The notes: generated by a model from the letters alone, not told the origin. Positions 53,320-63,811 are shown, counted from the first letter of the whole stretch. The stretch: 63,811 nt of DNA, filler included, from Octopus bimaculoides (GCF_001194135.2; 7 parts of 5 records of this genome joined end to end with filler, not necessarily neighbours in it), one strand, 5' to 3'. Program-made: numbers and translations.

Positions 53320-53630
53320 ACTATTGGGCAATGATGAAATGACATAACAAACACAGGCAGTTGAAATGAGGTTTCTCTGAAGAATCTCTAGAATAATGCT
53401 ACTAGACAGGGTGTACAGCTCAAAGAATAGGAATATCTCCAGGTGAAGCTGTTATTTCTCTGCACTGAGAAGTTCTGTAGATATGTGATTAGAATGCCAC
53501 AGGAAAGAATTGTAAGATTAACTCTTCAAGCTGAGCCAACTATCAGGAGACCAAAAGTTTGAGCAAGAAAGAAATGATTGGATAATCTTGCTTTCAGTTG
53601 GTCAAGCCTGGGAATCCAGCTGGAAATAAT
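53320..53630 (+). mobile_element. Old RTE-type LINE 3' fragment in the FKBP intron
   Basis: QAVEMRFL*RISRIMLLDRV...RMPQERIVRLTLQAEP..RPK...KK*LDN matches the RTE C-terminal pattern. Confidence 0.6.
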
Positions 53631-53812
53631 TACTGATGGTTGCTTCAAAACAGTGTTGTATATTTCTTATGTTCACCTTACAGCATATCATATCACATAC
53701 ATATTAGCAGCTCACTTTCTCTGATAGAATACACCTGCTTTTTGAGTGTATCAATGTGATATTATCTATCAATCTCTTCTCTCACTATCTATCTCTCTCT
53801 CCCATCTCATCC

Positions 53813-53875
<63 letters not shown>

Positions 53876-54078
53876 ACTCTCTACTTGATGTAATGAAAGT
53901 GTAATGATGGTTGCTCCTGAAGGAGGGTTTTTTTTAAGGTTCTATCCCCATGATGATTCACCCAGGAATAAAGAGCAGAGAAGATGGTTGGTTGGATGAT
54001 ACAATACTTACAAACTTGTTAAAAAAAGAAATGGTTGAATCTGTTTTAACTCCCTCATGTATCTTGTTTATTTGACAG

Positions 54079-54228
54079 GTTCAAATCTTCTTTCGAGAAC
54101 AGGACAAAACTAGTGGAGCTTCAAATCACTTTGAATCAGCAAACCTAATGTTTATATATGAAGACATTGATAAGGATGGTTATATATCACATTTTGAATT
54201 CAACGGACCAAAACATGTCGAACTTTAA
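54079..54228 (+). CDS. FKBP14: FKBP7/14-like terminal exon: EF-hand 2 and ER-retrieval-like KHVEL, then stop
   Basis: Acceptor tttgacAG, phase 0. Translation VQIFFREQDKTSGASNHFESANLMFIYEDIDKDGYISHFEFNGPKHVEL then TAA at 54226-54228. Confidence 0.93.
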   Translation, partial: VQIFFREQDKTSGASNHFESANLMFIYEDIDKDGYISHFEFNGPKHVEL

Positions 54229-55814
54229 TCCTTTCATTTATGGCTTAATTTCATTATTTCATAATGAATAGATTCATTTAATGGAGAAAAATTACATATA
54301 ATTCAACTAAGAGAAAATATTTCCCATACAAACACATGTAAATTTCACGTTTATTATTAAGCTACATACAATTAAAGATGCAACTGTATGTTCCTGAAAC
54401 ACACATACACGACCATATATATACCTATTTTTATGTACATGTGTGTATATATATGTGTGTGTGTGCCAGGGATGTGCCGTCTAGGTAGGCAGTGCCTACC
54501 TTGGATAAAATAAATTGGTAGCAACATTTTCCTTTCACAGCAAAATATGCACATAATTCAATAAAATCATGAAAGTTACTCTGATTACTATGTATAAAAT
54601 GCAAAATATTTTATTTCTTTAAAGATTAGTCAGGCATAATTCATCCCTGCTTTTCAATCTCAGTATTTGAGCCATGCATAATACTGCTGTAGTACCGGCA
54701 CTGCTTACATTGCTACAGCAACGTTTTCTTCACGTGCTATAAAAGCAGAAGTCAAATCTGTGTTGTGTTTTACAACATAAAGGTCACCAACTGAGTAATT
54801 ACTGCCAGCACGTGTATGTATATATATATATATGTGTGAGTAAAAATAAATACAAAAAAAGGGGTTTTGTATGATTGTGTATAGAGGAATATATTATTTT
54901 GTTTAAAAGAGTTCCAACCCTGTCTGTTTTTTATGTTTTATTTATATTCTTGTAAAATTAATGTGGGATATAGCATATGGAATATATAATATACAATATA
55001 AAAATGGATGATACAATGAAATGAAGTATTGAATGTCTTATTGAATATATGGAATGTCTTATTGAATATATGGAACGTCTTATTGAATATATGAAATATT
55101 GAGTGTTCAATATAAAGAATTAAATATATAAAGGTGAATACGTATTTTTAATACCTTGTGCTATTCATCATAGCCTATTGTGTTAGGGGAGAGTCATTTT
55201 CTTTATGTGCCATACAATCTCACACACTCACCAGTAAAATTTCCACTTATTTCTTATTTTTATTTTCCTAAAATTTTCATTGTGTCTTGCAACCTTTTCA
55301 ATAGTCTTGACTCTGTCCGTTATTTACACTGCATTCCTTTTTGTTTGTTTGTGTGCATGTGTGTGTGTACCTTTGCATGTATGTATGTGTGTGCATCTGT
55401 ATATATTCTGCATATTCCTGTACTTGCATGTCTGTGTTTGTGTGTGTGTATGTGTGTGTGTTTTGCAACTATGTACTGTGTTTGTATGTATGGATGTGCA
55501 TTTCCATATGTGTGGACCCATGTCTTCATATGTGTCCTTGTGTGAAGTAAAGTGTGTGTGTGTGTATATGGTCATGTGTTTCAGTCTCCATTTGTGTATG
55601 TGCGCTTGTCTATTCTTATAACCTATGTAGCTATCCGTCTGTATGTTGATCTGTTTATTTTCATATCCATATGCTTGTATACATGTGCATATACACATAC
55701 ATACACCCACCCACACACATACATACATACATGCATGCAAAAATACCCTGTTGTTGATGTTCTATATTTTAGAGATGAGGTATTCTGTACATTATTTACA
55801 TTATTTACATGGGA

Positions 55815-55991
55815 CGGATATGTGTCCTCATCTTTGTTGTTACCACCACATTTCGGCTGATTTACTCTTAAGCCATCATCAGGTTTCCTGGTAGACCCTG
55901 GGTTCTCATTCTAACCCTGGATTCTCATTCCAACCCTGGGTTCTCATTCCAACCCTGTGTTCTCATTCCTAAGGTAATTTTACTGATGTTA

Positions 55992-56053
<62 letters not shown>

Positions 56054-56618
56054 GTTCAGTAGTTTTATTTTTATAACGTGCTTTCACTTCGCTACTGAGC
56101 GCAGCTCTGTGCGCCTTGGGTATGTGCTGTGGTTTGCTGTGGTGCTCTTATGTTTACTGTATTGAAAGTGTTTTGCGTAGAATGTGTGCAGTACCCAGTA
56201 GTGCAATTTTCTGTATGTTATATATATTTGTAAGTCCTGGTGTTTTTGTTATGTATTTGTCTGGAATATTTTTTTTATTATACCTAAGGCACCTACTATG
56301 ATAGGAATTGTTTCTGTTTTTAGATTCCACATTCGAGTTATCTTTATTTCCAGGTCTTTGTATTTTGAAAGTTTTTCCATTTCTTTTAGAGAAACGTTGT
56401 CATCTGCTGGTATTAATACATCAATTAGAAAGCATTTTTTTTTTCATGATCTTTGACAACTATATCTGGTCTTTTTGCCTTAATTTCTCTATCTGTGTGT
56501 ATTGATTGTTATTATTATTATCATTATTATTATTATTATTCATTCAAGGCACTGCCTGGAATTGAACTTGGAATTTTGAGTTTAGTAGCCCATGCTCTTA
56601 ACCATTACACTACATGCC
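55815..56618 (-). mobile_element. Second composite tRNA-head/(AAT)n/hammerhead element, interrupted in its linker by a LINE fragment
   Basis: Head at 56545-56618 (TAGTGTAATGG A-box, GTTCAATTCC B-box). Body at 55815-55990 has CUGAUGA-U-GGCU..AGCC-GAAA with decayed helix III/I and an internal ~20-nt unit (CCCTGGGTTCTCATTCCAA) repeated 4 times. Confidence 0.8.
56054..56504 (-). mobile_element. 5'-truncated R4/Dong-like non-LTR retrotransposon (RLE endonuclease + 3' UTR) inserted in (TAA)n
   Basis: Translation IHTDREIKAKRPDIVVKDH..CFLIDV.IPADDNVSLKEMEKLSKYKDLEIKITRMWNLKTETIPIIVGALG...IQKIALLGTAHILRKTLSIQ* with short frameshifts. (AAT)n flanks both ends. Confidence 0.85.
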
Positions 56619-56624
56619 TAATAT

Positions 56625-57079
56625 TTTCGTATCCTTCCTTAATACCGGTTCCCTTATTCTACTCATATCTGTACTAGGTCTACTTGGGAGGTTATATGAG
56701 CTGCCTCTTTTAGTTTTCATATTTTCCAGTGGTGTTCTCTGTCTTATTATTTTAACCTCATCCCACAAGGGAAGGTAGTCTCCGCTTTTCCATATATGAT
56801 CAGCTATGCTCGATTTTTCAACATGCCTTCATGTCACAGCTTTAAGATGTTCTTCTACCCTTATTTTGAGGGGCCGGCATGTTTCGCTTTGTAAAACCTA
56901 CTACAACTACATAGGGTGGAGTACACGCAGTCTTTGGTTATACTGTATTCTATTCATATTTTTACTCGAAGGAGATATTTTTGAAATGTATTACTCTTGA
57001 ATACCGTCCTGATGTCATGTGGACCACATACCTTTTGTATCTTTTCTGAGAGGCCTTTCACATAGGGTAGACAGATTAT
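56625..57079 (-). mobile_element. Degenerate Penelope/Poseidon-type PLE C-terminus with GIY-YIG endonuclease
   Basis: ICLPYVKGLSEKIQKVCGPHDIRTVFKS...KDCVYSTLCSCSRFYK(G)ETCRPLKIRVEEHLKAV...SSIADHIW...WDEVKII...KLKEAAHI, recovered across frameshifts and stops. Confidence 0.82.
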
Positions 57080-57114
57080 GATCAGTTTATGGGCTTCATC
57101 CTCTCTCCTCTTCG

Positions 57115-57235
57115 CAATTGGAGTGCTAAATCAGACTGGAGTGTGATGCAGCCTTTCAACTTGCCAACCCTGGTCAAACCATTCAACCCATGCCAACATG
57201 GACATCGGCCGTTAAATGATGATGATGATGATATA
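57115..57235 (+). mobile_element. Short RTE 3' tail
   Basis: GGTCAAACCATTCAACCCATGCCAACATGGACATCGGCCGTTAAATGATGATGAT, homologous to the tails above. Confidence 0.7.
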
Positions 57236-57976
57236 TATATATATGATTTACGTTTATGTATGTAAATATATATATAGCATAATATTTACACTTACCCATC
57301 CGTCCACCCATACATACATACATACATACATAGATACATACATACATACCACACACACGCATACAAAGAAAAGAAAAAGAAACGCATTTAAACTAAGGGA
57401 AATAACCTTTCATTGATAATTGTGAGTTATCTTTCTTAGACGGCTGACGAGTTTGATTTGATTCGTCCGAGTCGAAATAACTCAACCGTTGTTGGTGTTG
57501 TTAAACCCCCAGTTCAGACCTGATTGTGTAAACATATAATCGATTAATAGTATTCCAACCAGAATATCTCTATTTAACTACGTGGAAAAAGTACAGAACT
57601 GCATTATTCAAAGTATTGCGTTGTTAATATCACCCCCCTCCATCTCAACTACGTCTGCTCAACCTCCACACTTGCATGCACACACATACACCCACAAATG
57701 CACACACACTTCACTAATGCACACCTTTTACCCTTATTCCAACTTCCAATACATACATCTACACACCGTATTAGAGCAATCCCATGTAATTTCTAACCCT
57801 TTGACTTCCTCATGTTTCCTCATAGACCAGCATCCTGGTGTTTTTTAAATATGTCTAACAGTACGCACTGAGCTTCAGATATTGCTTGGAGATACATAGC
57901 ATAGCATATAAATCTGGTGAATTATTGTAATCCTACAGCACGAAATTGTTAGTAGCTCTATTTTAAGTTATGTATA

Positions 57977-58038
<62 letters not shown>

Positions 58039-58237
58039 AACGTATATTTGCAATCAATTTGCAGATGCAAGTGCCATCAGTTGAAATCCCCGTATATCAG
58101 ATGTTAACAAGTTCATAGCAACATCAGGACAGAATGCGTACCGTTTCGGGGCCTTCCTCTTGATGGTATTATTGTGGACTGCCCCGCTCACTGAGATGAG
58201 GCCCCACTTGCTAGATCAACTGTTTACTAGGTTTCAC

Positions 58238-58790
58238 TCAACATTCTTCTAGCCATTGCTCATCGTCTGTTTTGAATCAAATCCAGTGGTTTGCCTTCTC
58301 CACTGCAGTCTGGATATCACTCATGATGGCATTTGCTTTACAATGGGTTGGACATAGAGACAACAACAATCACCTGATACTCTGCCCAATGAATTCGCTA
58401 CATCCAGCTTCAGTTGGAAAATGCTCTGCTTTCCAACCTGTGTCTTTAAATTCTTCAAGATGAGTTTTATAACAGCCGATCTTTCGACTCCAATCAGCAT
58501 TTGTGTTATCTTCATGATATATTTACTACTTTCTTTTATTCCACACCATATCTGGTTTATTCATAATTGCAATGAGGATGAAGCCTTGGCAGCCTGGTAA
58601 ATTTGCAGCCACTTCTCAGTAGCTGTTCCAGTTTTCATCGTTCGCAGGAAGTTTCTTCTTCAAATGGATCTGCTGTGTTGAATACACGAAGGTAACGAAA
58701 TCTCTGGTTCGTTTCTTCAATCGTTTTTTGCCACTGTTCATGAGAGCAATTTGGTTCTTTGTAGCATTGAAGAGGACCTTGAGGACCAGA

Positions 58791-58871
<81 letters not shown>

Positions 58872-59565
58872 NNNNNNNNNNNNNNNNNNNNNNNNNNNNN
58901 NNNNNNNNNNNNNNNNNNNNNNNNNNNNNNNNNNNNNNNNNNNNNNNNNNNNNNNNNNNNNNNNNNNNNNNNNNNNNNNNNNNNNNNNNNNNNNNNNNNN
59001 NNNNNNNNNNNNNNNNNNNNNNNNNNNNNNNNNNNNNNNNNNNNNNNNNNNNNNNNNNNNNNNNNNNNNNNNNNNNNNNNNNNNTATATATATATATATA
59101 TATATATTCAATGTCAGTGAACAGTTGGAAAGAATATGTTTCAGCGTTCTGACTTTTCTGCATATGCATTTATCATTCTCTGATACATTGCCTGCATACT
59201 AGTTATGTAGGCGATAGCAAGGCATTGTAGGATGAATGAATCAGAAAAATCAGACATGATGTACACCACTTCCATATTCCATTGCCACTCATTTTCCTCT
59301 CAACTACCTGTTCTTCCCATCTGTCCTTAATAGCATTGAATAAAATGATGTTCTCTTCTCTTTGTTTCTGTAGCTTTGATGCTGTTGCTAACAACAAATC
59401 TGCAATCACTCCGCATTTTAACTGAAAATGGTCTGAACTGATCTGAGCCAAATCCAGTCCTTTCCAATCAATTTACATAACACTCATCATATCATGGTGT
59501 GTAAGTGAAGACAGGATGTTATCAGTTTCTGCTTCTGCTCTCCATTTCCTGGCTGTTTTACATCT
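58238..59565 (-). pseudogene. Decayed HERO/NeSL-type RLE non-LTR retrotransposon C-terminus, split by a (TC)n(TA)n tract and a gap
   Basis: RKWRAEAETDNILSSLTHHD..RTGFG; IFLIHSSYNALLSP; zinc knuckle RTLKHILSNC; KPDMVW; GWKAEHFPTEAGCSEFIGQS; AVEKANHWI. Several stops and frameshifts. Confidence 0.75.
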
Positions 59566-59639
59566 GGTGCATTACACCTGATTTCTATATCCTTCGATAT
59601 ACATGTGTATTTCAGTTTCTGTCTAACAAATCCATTAAC

Positions 59640-59745
59640 AAGCCATTGGTTAGCCTGGAGTTATAGCTGAAACACTTGCTCAAGATGTCACTCAGTGAAA
59701 CTGAACCCAAAGGTACATGATCGAGAAACAAGCAGCTTAGTACAC
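59640..59745 (-). mobile_element. SINE family B fragment
   Basis: TTTGGGTTCAGTTTCACTGAGTGACATCTTGAGCAAGTGTTTCAGCTATAACTCCAGGCTAACCAATGGC. Confidence 0.6.
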
Positions 59746-59950
59746 ATTCATGTCTGACCAATTTAATCAAAATGAACATTCCCAAAACTCATCTTTACAT
59801 AATTTCATTAAAAACGGCGCGCATTCTCTCCTGATGACCCCATACACTTGCTGGCTTCCGGTATGCGGAATTCTTGACTGGTAGCACTTGCATGTGCAAG
59901 TTGTTTGCAAGACACTTATGCATTATCAAGGTTTTATATATATATATATT

Positions 59951-60092
59951 GTAACATATAATTGCCAGTCAAGTGTGGCATCCTATAAAGAGCAGTGCTA
60001 CTGACGCTTATAGCCCTGTCTTTCTGGGACTATAAACATCAGTAGCACTGTCCTTTATCGGACGCCACACTTAATTGGTAATTACATGTTAC
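59951..60092. mobile_element. Foldback MITE-like hairpin, ~65-bp arms
   Basis: GTAACATATAATTGCCAGTCAAGTGTGGCATCC..GCAGTGCTACTGACG..TATAG pairs with CTATAAACATCAGTAGCACTG..GGACGCCACACTTAATTGGTAATTACATGTTAC. Confidence 0.75.
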
Positions 60093-60539
60093 GGTTCCAT
60101 ATTGCTACTGTTAATATCTCGCTCAGAGATTTAATATAGCTATATATATATATGTAACTTTATATTTTCCGACACTACTCTATCTCTTTCTCTTTCTCTT
60201 CCTCCTCAAATTTTCCCCCTCTCCTGTATATATATATATATATATATATATATCTCCAATTGTAAGTAGTTTTCGTAAACTTAAATCTTCCGACGCTACT
60301 CTATCTCTTTCTCTTTCTCTTCCTCTATCTTTTTTCCCCCTCTCGTTCTTCCTCTTTACTACTACGTATCTCTCTTTACCCCTCTCGTTCTTCCTCTGTT
60401 ACTACTACGTATCTCCTTTTCCCCCCTCGTACTTCCTCTNNNNNNNNNNNNNNNNNNNNNNNNNNNNNNNNNNNNNNNNNNNNTTAATTAATTAANNNNN
60501 NNNNNNNNNNNNNNNNNNNNNNNNNNNNNNNNNNNNNNN

Positions 60540-62397
60540 GAAAGAAATAACGAAAATAGAACGTACGTACGTAAATACGAATGAACGAAAAGACGTACGT
60601 TCGTACGTACGTATGAACGAACGAACTTACGCATGAAGAGACGTAAGACCGAAAGAACGAACGTACGTAGGAACGAACGTTCGTAGGAACGAACGTTCGT
60701 AGGAACGAACGTTCGTAGGAACGAACGTACGTAGGAACGAACGAACGTACATAAGTACGTACGAAAGAATGGCCGAACGTACGTATGTACGTACGTACGT
60801 ACGAATGAACGATCTAACGAACGAACGATCGAAGGAACGAACGAAAGAACGAACGTACGTAATAACGTTCGTTCGATCGTACTTACGTACGTACGTACAA
60901 GCGTAAGGACGAACGAACGCACGTACGTAGGAACGAACGATCTAACGATCGAACGAACGATCTCACGATCGAACGAACGAAGGAGGGATCAAACGATGAA
61001 ATAATCGAACGAAGGAACAAAAGAACGAACGAACGAACGTACGAACGTACGAACGATCGAACGAAAGAACGAAGGATTGAACGAACGAACGTACGTGAGT
61101 ACGAACGAACGAACGTACGTGAGTACGATCTAACGAACAAACGAACGAAAGAAATAGCGACAAAACGATAGTAAGTATGCATGTACGAATGAACGAACAT
61201 AGTACGTTCGTACGTACGTACGGACGAACGAACGAACGAACGAACGTACGTACGTACAAACGTAAGGACGAATGAACGAACGAACGTACGTAGGAACGAA
61301 CGATCGAACGAACGAAAGAAGGAACGTACGTACGTNNNNNNNNNNNNNNNNNNNNNNNNNNNNNNNNNNNNNNNNNNNNNNNNNNNNNNNNNNNNNNNNN
61401 NNNNNNNNNNNNNNNNNNNNNNNNNNNNNNNNNNNNNNNNNNNNNNNNNNNNNNNNNNNNNNNNNNNNNNNNNNNNNNNNNNNNNNNNNNNNNNNNNNNN
61501 NNNNNNNNNNNNNNNNNNNNNNNNNNNNNNNNNNNNNNNNNNNNNNNNNNNNNNNNNNNNNNNNNNNNNNNNNNNNNNNNNNNNNNNNNNNNNNNNNNNN
61601 NNNNNNNNNNNNNNNNNNNNNNNNNNNNNNNNNNNNNNNNNNNNNNNNNNNNNNNNNNNNNNNNNNNNNNNNNNNNNNNNNNNNNNNNNNNNNNNNNNNN
61701 NNNNNNNNNNNNNNNNNNNNNNNNNNNNNNNNNNNNNNNNNNNNNNNNNNNNNNNNNNNNNNNNNNNNNNAATCGAACGAAGGAACAAAAGAACGAACGA
61801 ACGAACGTACGAACGTACGAACGATCGAACGAAAGAACGAAGGATTGAACGAACGAACGTACGTGAGTACGAACGAACGAACGTACGTGAGTACGATCTA
61901 ACGAACAAACGAACGAAAGAAATAGCGACAAAACGATAGTAAGTATGTATGTACGAATGAACGAACATAGTACATTCGTACGTACGTACGGACGAACGAA
62001 CGAACGAACGAACGTACGTACGTACAAACGTAAGGACGAATGAACGAACGAACGTACGTAGGAACGAACGAACGAACGAACGAAAGAAAGAACGTACGTA
62101 CGTAATAACGTTCGTTTGATCGTACTGACGTACGTACGTACGTACGTAGAATAGACCGAAGGAAGGAAGGATCAAACGATGGAATGATCGAACGAAGGGA
62201 CAAAAGAACGAACGAACGAACGTACGAACGTAGGAACGATCGAACGAAAGAACGAAAGATTGAACGAACGAACGTACGTGAGTACGAACGAACGAACGTA
62301 CGTGAGTACGAACGAACGAACGTACGTTCGTTCGATCTAACGAACAGACGAACGAAAGAAATAGCGACAAAACGAAAGTAAGTACGTAAGTACGAAT
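60540..62397. repeat. Complex ACGA/ACGT satellite with a ~415-440 bp higher-order unit
   Basis: Built almost wholly of ACGA, ACGT and AAGA 4-mers. The marker ATAGCGAC occurs at 61154, 61922 and 62361, and GGATCAAACGATG at 60986 and 62169. Confidence 0.9.
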
Positions 62398-62609
62398 NNN
62401 NNNNNNNNNNNNNNNNNNNNNNNNNNNNNNNNNNNNNNNNNTTAATTAATTAANNNNNNNNNNNNNNNNNNNNNNNNNNNNNNNNNNNNNNNNNNNNAAA
62501 AATACTATGTGAAGGTGCGGCTCTATTGTTAAGAATTTTACTTTGCAGACCCGTGGACTCTATGACGTGGAGTCTTCAGCAATTGTCTTTCGCTAAAGCC
62601 TTAGGCTGA

Positions 62610-62649
62610 CCAATGGGTTATACGTTCACAGATTCGAATCCTGCCTGCA
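62610..62649 (+). pseudogene. 3' half of a tRNA-Ser fused to a SINE body
   Basis: CCAATGGGTTATACGTTCACAGATTCGAATCCTGCCTGCA is variable arm plus T-arm. It is preceded by SINE sequence AGCCTTAGGCTGACCAA. Confidence 0.6.
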
Positions 62650-62826
62650 TTGATTTAAATTTGCCATGCTTTTTTCTTTTGAATTCCTTTATGTCGACAG
62701 TGCTTGGAAAATGAGAGGCTTGCGTCTCCATATTCCTTGAGTCAGCGGTAGGACACTTAGGCTTCTCGAAAATAACTACGAATCTCTAGTGATGTAATAA
62801 TTGGGTTCTGTTTGATCGATTGAAAC

Positions 62827-62901
62827 CGTTAAGGTAGGACCTACGTGGGTATAACCCATTCGATTTCAAGTCCAACGCCTTAACCACTCGGCCACCACAG
62901 C
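62827..62901 (-). pseudogene. tRNA-Ser(UGA) pseudogene with T-loop deleted
   Basis: GCTGTGGTGGCCGAGTGGTTAAGGCGTTGGA-CTTGAAA-TCGAA-TGGGTTATACCCAC-GTAGG-T-CCTAC. The T-loop is reduced to 1 nt, the anticodon stem has one mismatch, and the 3' acceptor strand does not pair. Confidence 0.85.
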
Positions 62902-63063
62902 AGCTGAAAGATATTTCCTGAACACCGAAGATATCACCCACATTTATAGGTAGGTGTTCGAAAATGTCATCTCGGTATTATCCACCGATGAGACGTGATG
63001 TTGTAGTTAGGAAACTGTATAACAGAAACTACATCTACTCAATCCAGATTAGAAGATCAAGTT

Positions 63064-63203
63064 AGAACAACGTTCACAACTCATCTTTTTCCAGGGGATA
63101 TGGATGAAGGTCGGTACTTTCATGAAGGTGCATGTTTTTATGTTTTTAGTACCGACCAACATCTATATCCTCTAGAAAAAAAATTAGTTGTGAACATTAT
63201 TCT
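63064..63203. mobile_element. Foldback MITE-like hairpin, ~55-bp imperfect arms
   Basis: AGAACAACGTTCACAACT..GGATATGGATGAAGGTCGGTACT pairs with AGTACCGACCAACATCTATATCC..AGTTGTGAACATTATTCT. Confidence 0.7.
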
Positions 63204-63584
63204 CCTGCCTATATTCTTCTAACTACTTTTACTCTAAGTCTGTATGAGAGTTTCTGTCATGGTAACTACTGCAGTATACTTTCTACTAACAGAAACCCCC
63301 CTCCCCCACGTTTAAGTGAAGATTAATATTACGTCTCAGTGTTAATACTGCTTCTGTCTCTAATAAATATTCTTCAAGGATTTCAAAACTTCACAATTTG
63401 GTTTGACTGCATTTTTACAAACATATAACATGTGACTGTATATGTGTGAGGCTATATATACGTTATATATCTATCACTGTTTCGAGCAGACTTTCCGATG
63501 CTGCGATACATCGCTTGCAACTGAGCGCTTCCTCCTGTTGTTGTAGCTTCTGAATGATGCCACCCGGCTGGCTAGGCGGGTAGG

Positions 63585-63780
63585 CCGACATTGCTGCTGG
63601 ACAGAATGCCAGTCCGTCGCAGGGTTTCCCGGTTACATCTGAGTGAATTGGGGCAACGTGGACTGGGGCAATGTGAGGCGAATTGTCTTGCTCAAGAACA
63701 GAGCACACTGCTGGTCTGCGAATCGAAACCTTGATCTTGCGATCGGGAGTGCAAACACCCTAACCACTAGGACATGTGCC

Positions 63781-63785
<5 letters not shown>
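63585..63785 (-). mobile_element. tRNA-headed SINE with CCCTGCGA(T/C)GGACTGGC central motif (V-domain-like)
   Basis: GTGAAGGCACATGTCCTAGTGGTTAGGGTG..GGTTTCGATTCGC..CTTGAGCAAGAC..CCCTGCGACGGACTGGCATTCTGTCCAG. A related fragment lies at 4862-4935. Confidence 0.65.

Positions 63786-63811
<26 letters not shown>

Noticed and set aside
57440-57495. CUGACGA...GAAA as an active hammerhead
   Set aside because: Helix II and III do not pair convincingly and helix I is offset, so it is at most a relic.
60488-62381. RSFVRTYV-rich ORFs of up to 495 aa
   Set aside because: These are translations of the ACGA/ACGT satellite, with no coding signature.
60540-62397. CRISPR-like or telomere-like array
   Set aside because: There are no constant repeats with unique spacers, no cas genes and no TTAGGG-type unit, and the context is eukaryotic.

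Overview
AT-rich, microsatellite-dense animal genomic DNA from a gappy draft assembly. The SINE/RTE repertoire looks like an octopod cephalopod; this is inferred from recalled repeat families, not from a database search. Six artificial 44N-TTAATTAATTAA-44N linkers join contigs, so adjacency across them is not sequence-proven. Two host genes are partly visible, and most of their exons are missed by the ORF track. One is a long-chain acyl-CoA synthetase (two minus-strand exons, 35954-36104 and 35023-35095). The other is an ER-type FKBP7/14-like PPIase with two EF-hands (three plus-strand exons, 51504-54228, ending KHVEL; 5' exon not found). The rest is mobile DNA: a Penelope-like RT ORF with no endonuclease that still ends in a hammerhead ribozyme, a separate Penelope GIY-YIG fragment, RTE, R4/Dong-like and HERO-like LINE fragments, mariner relics, MITEs, many tRNA-derived SINEs, tRNA-Ser relics and an ACGA/ACGT satellite. 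The best candidate for an undescribed system is a repeated composite element: tRNA-like Pol III head, (AAT)n linker, minimal hammerhead ribozyme. There are three copies of the hammerhead body, with helix II covariation, and two retain the tRNA head. One copy directly follows the end of a Penelope endonuclease ORF and has a Dong-like LINE inserted in its (AAT)n linker. All calls were made by eye, and repeat boundaries are approximate (about 10-20 nt).
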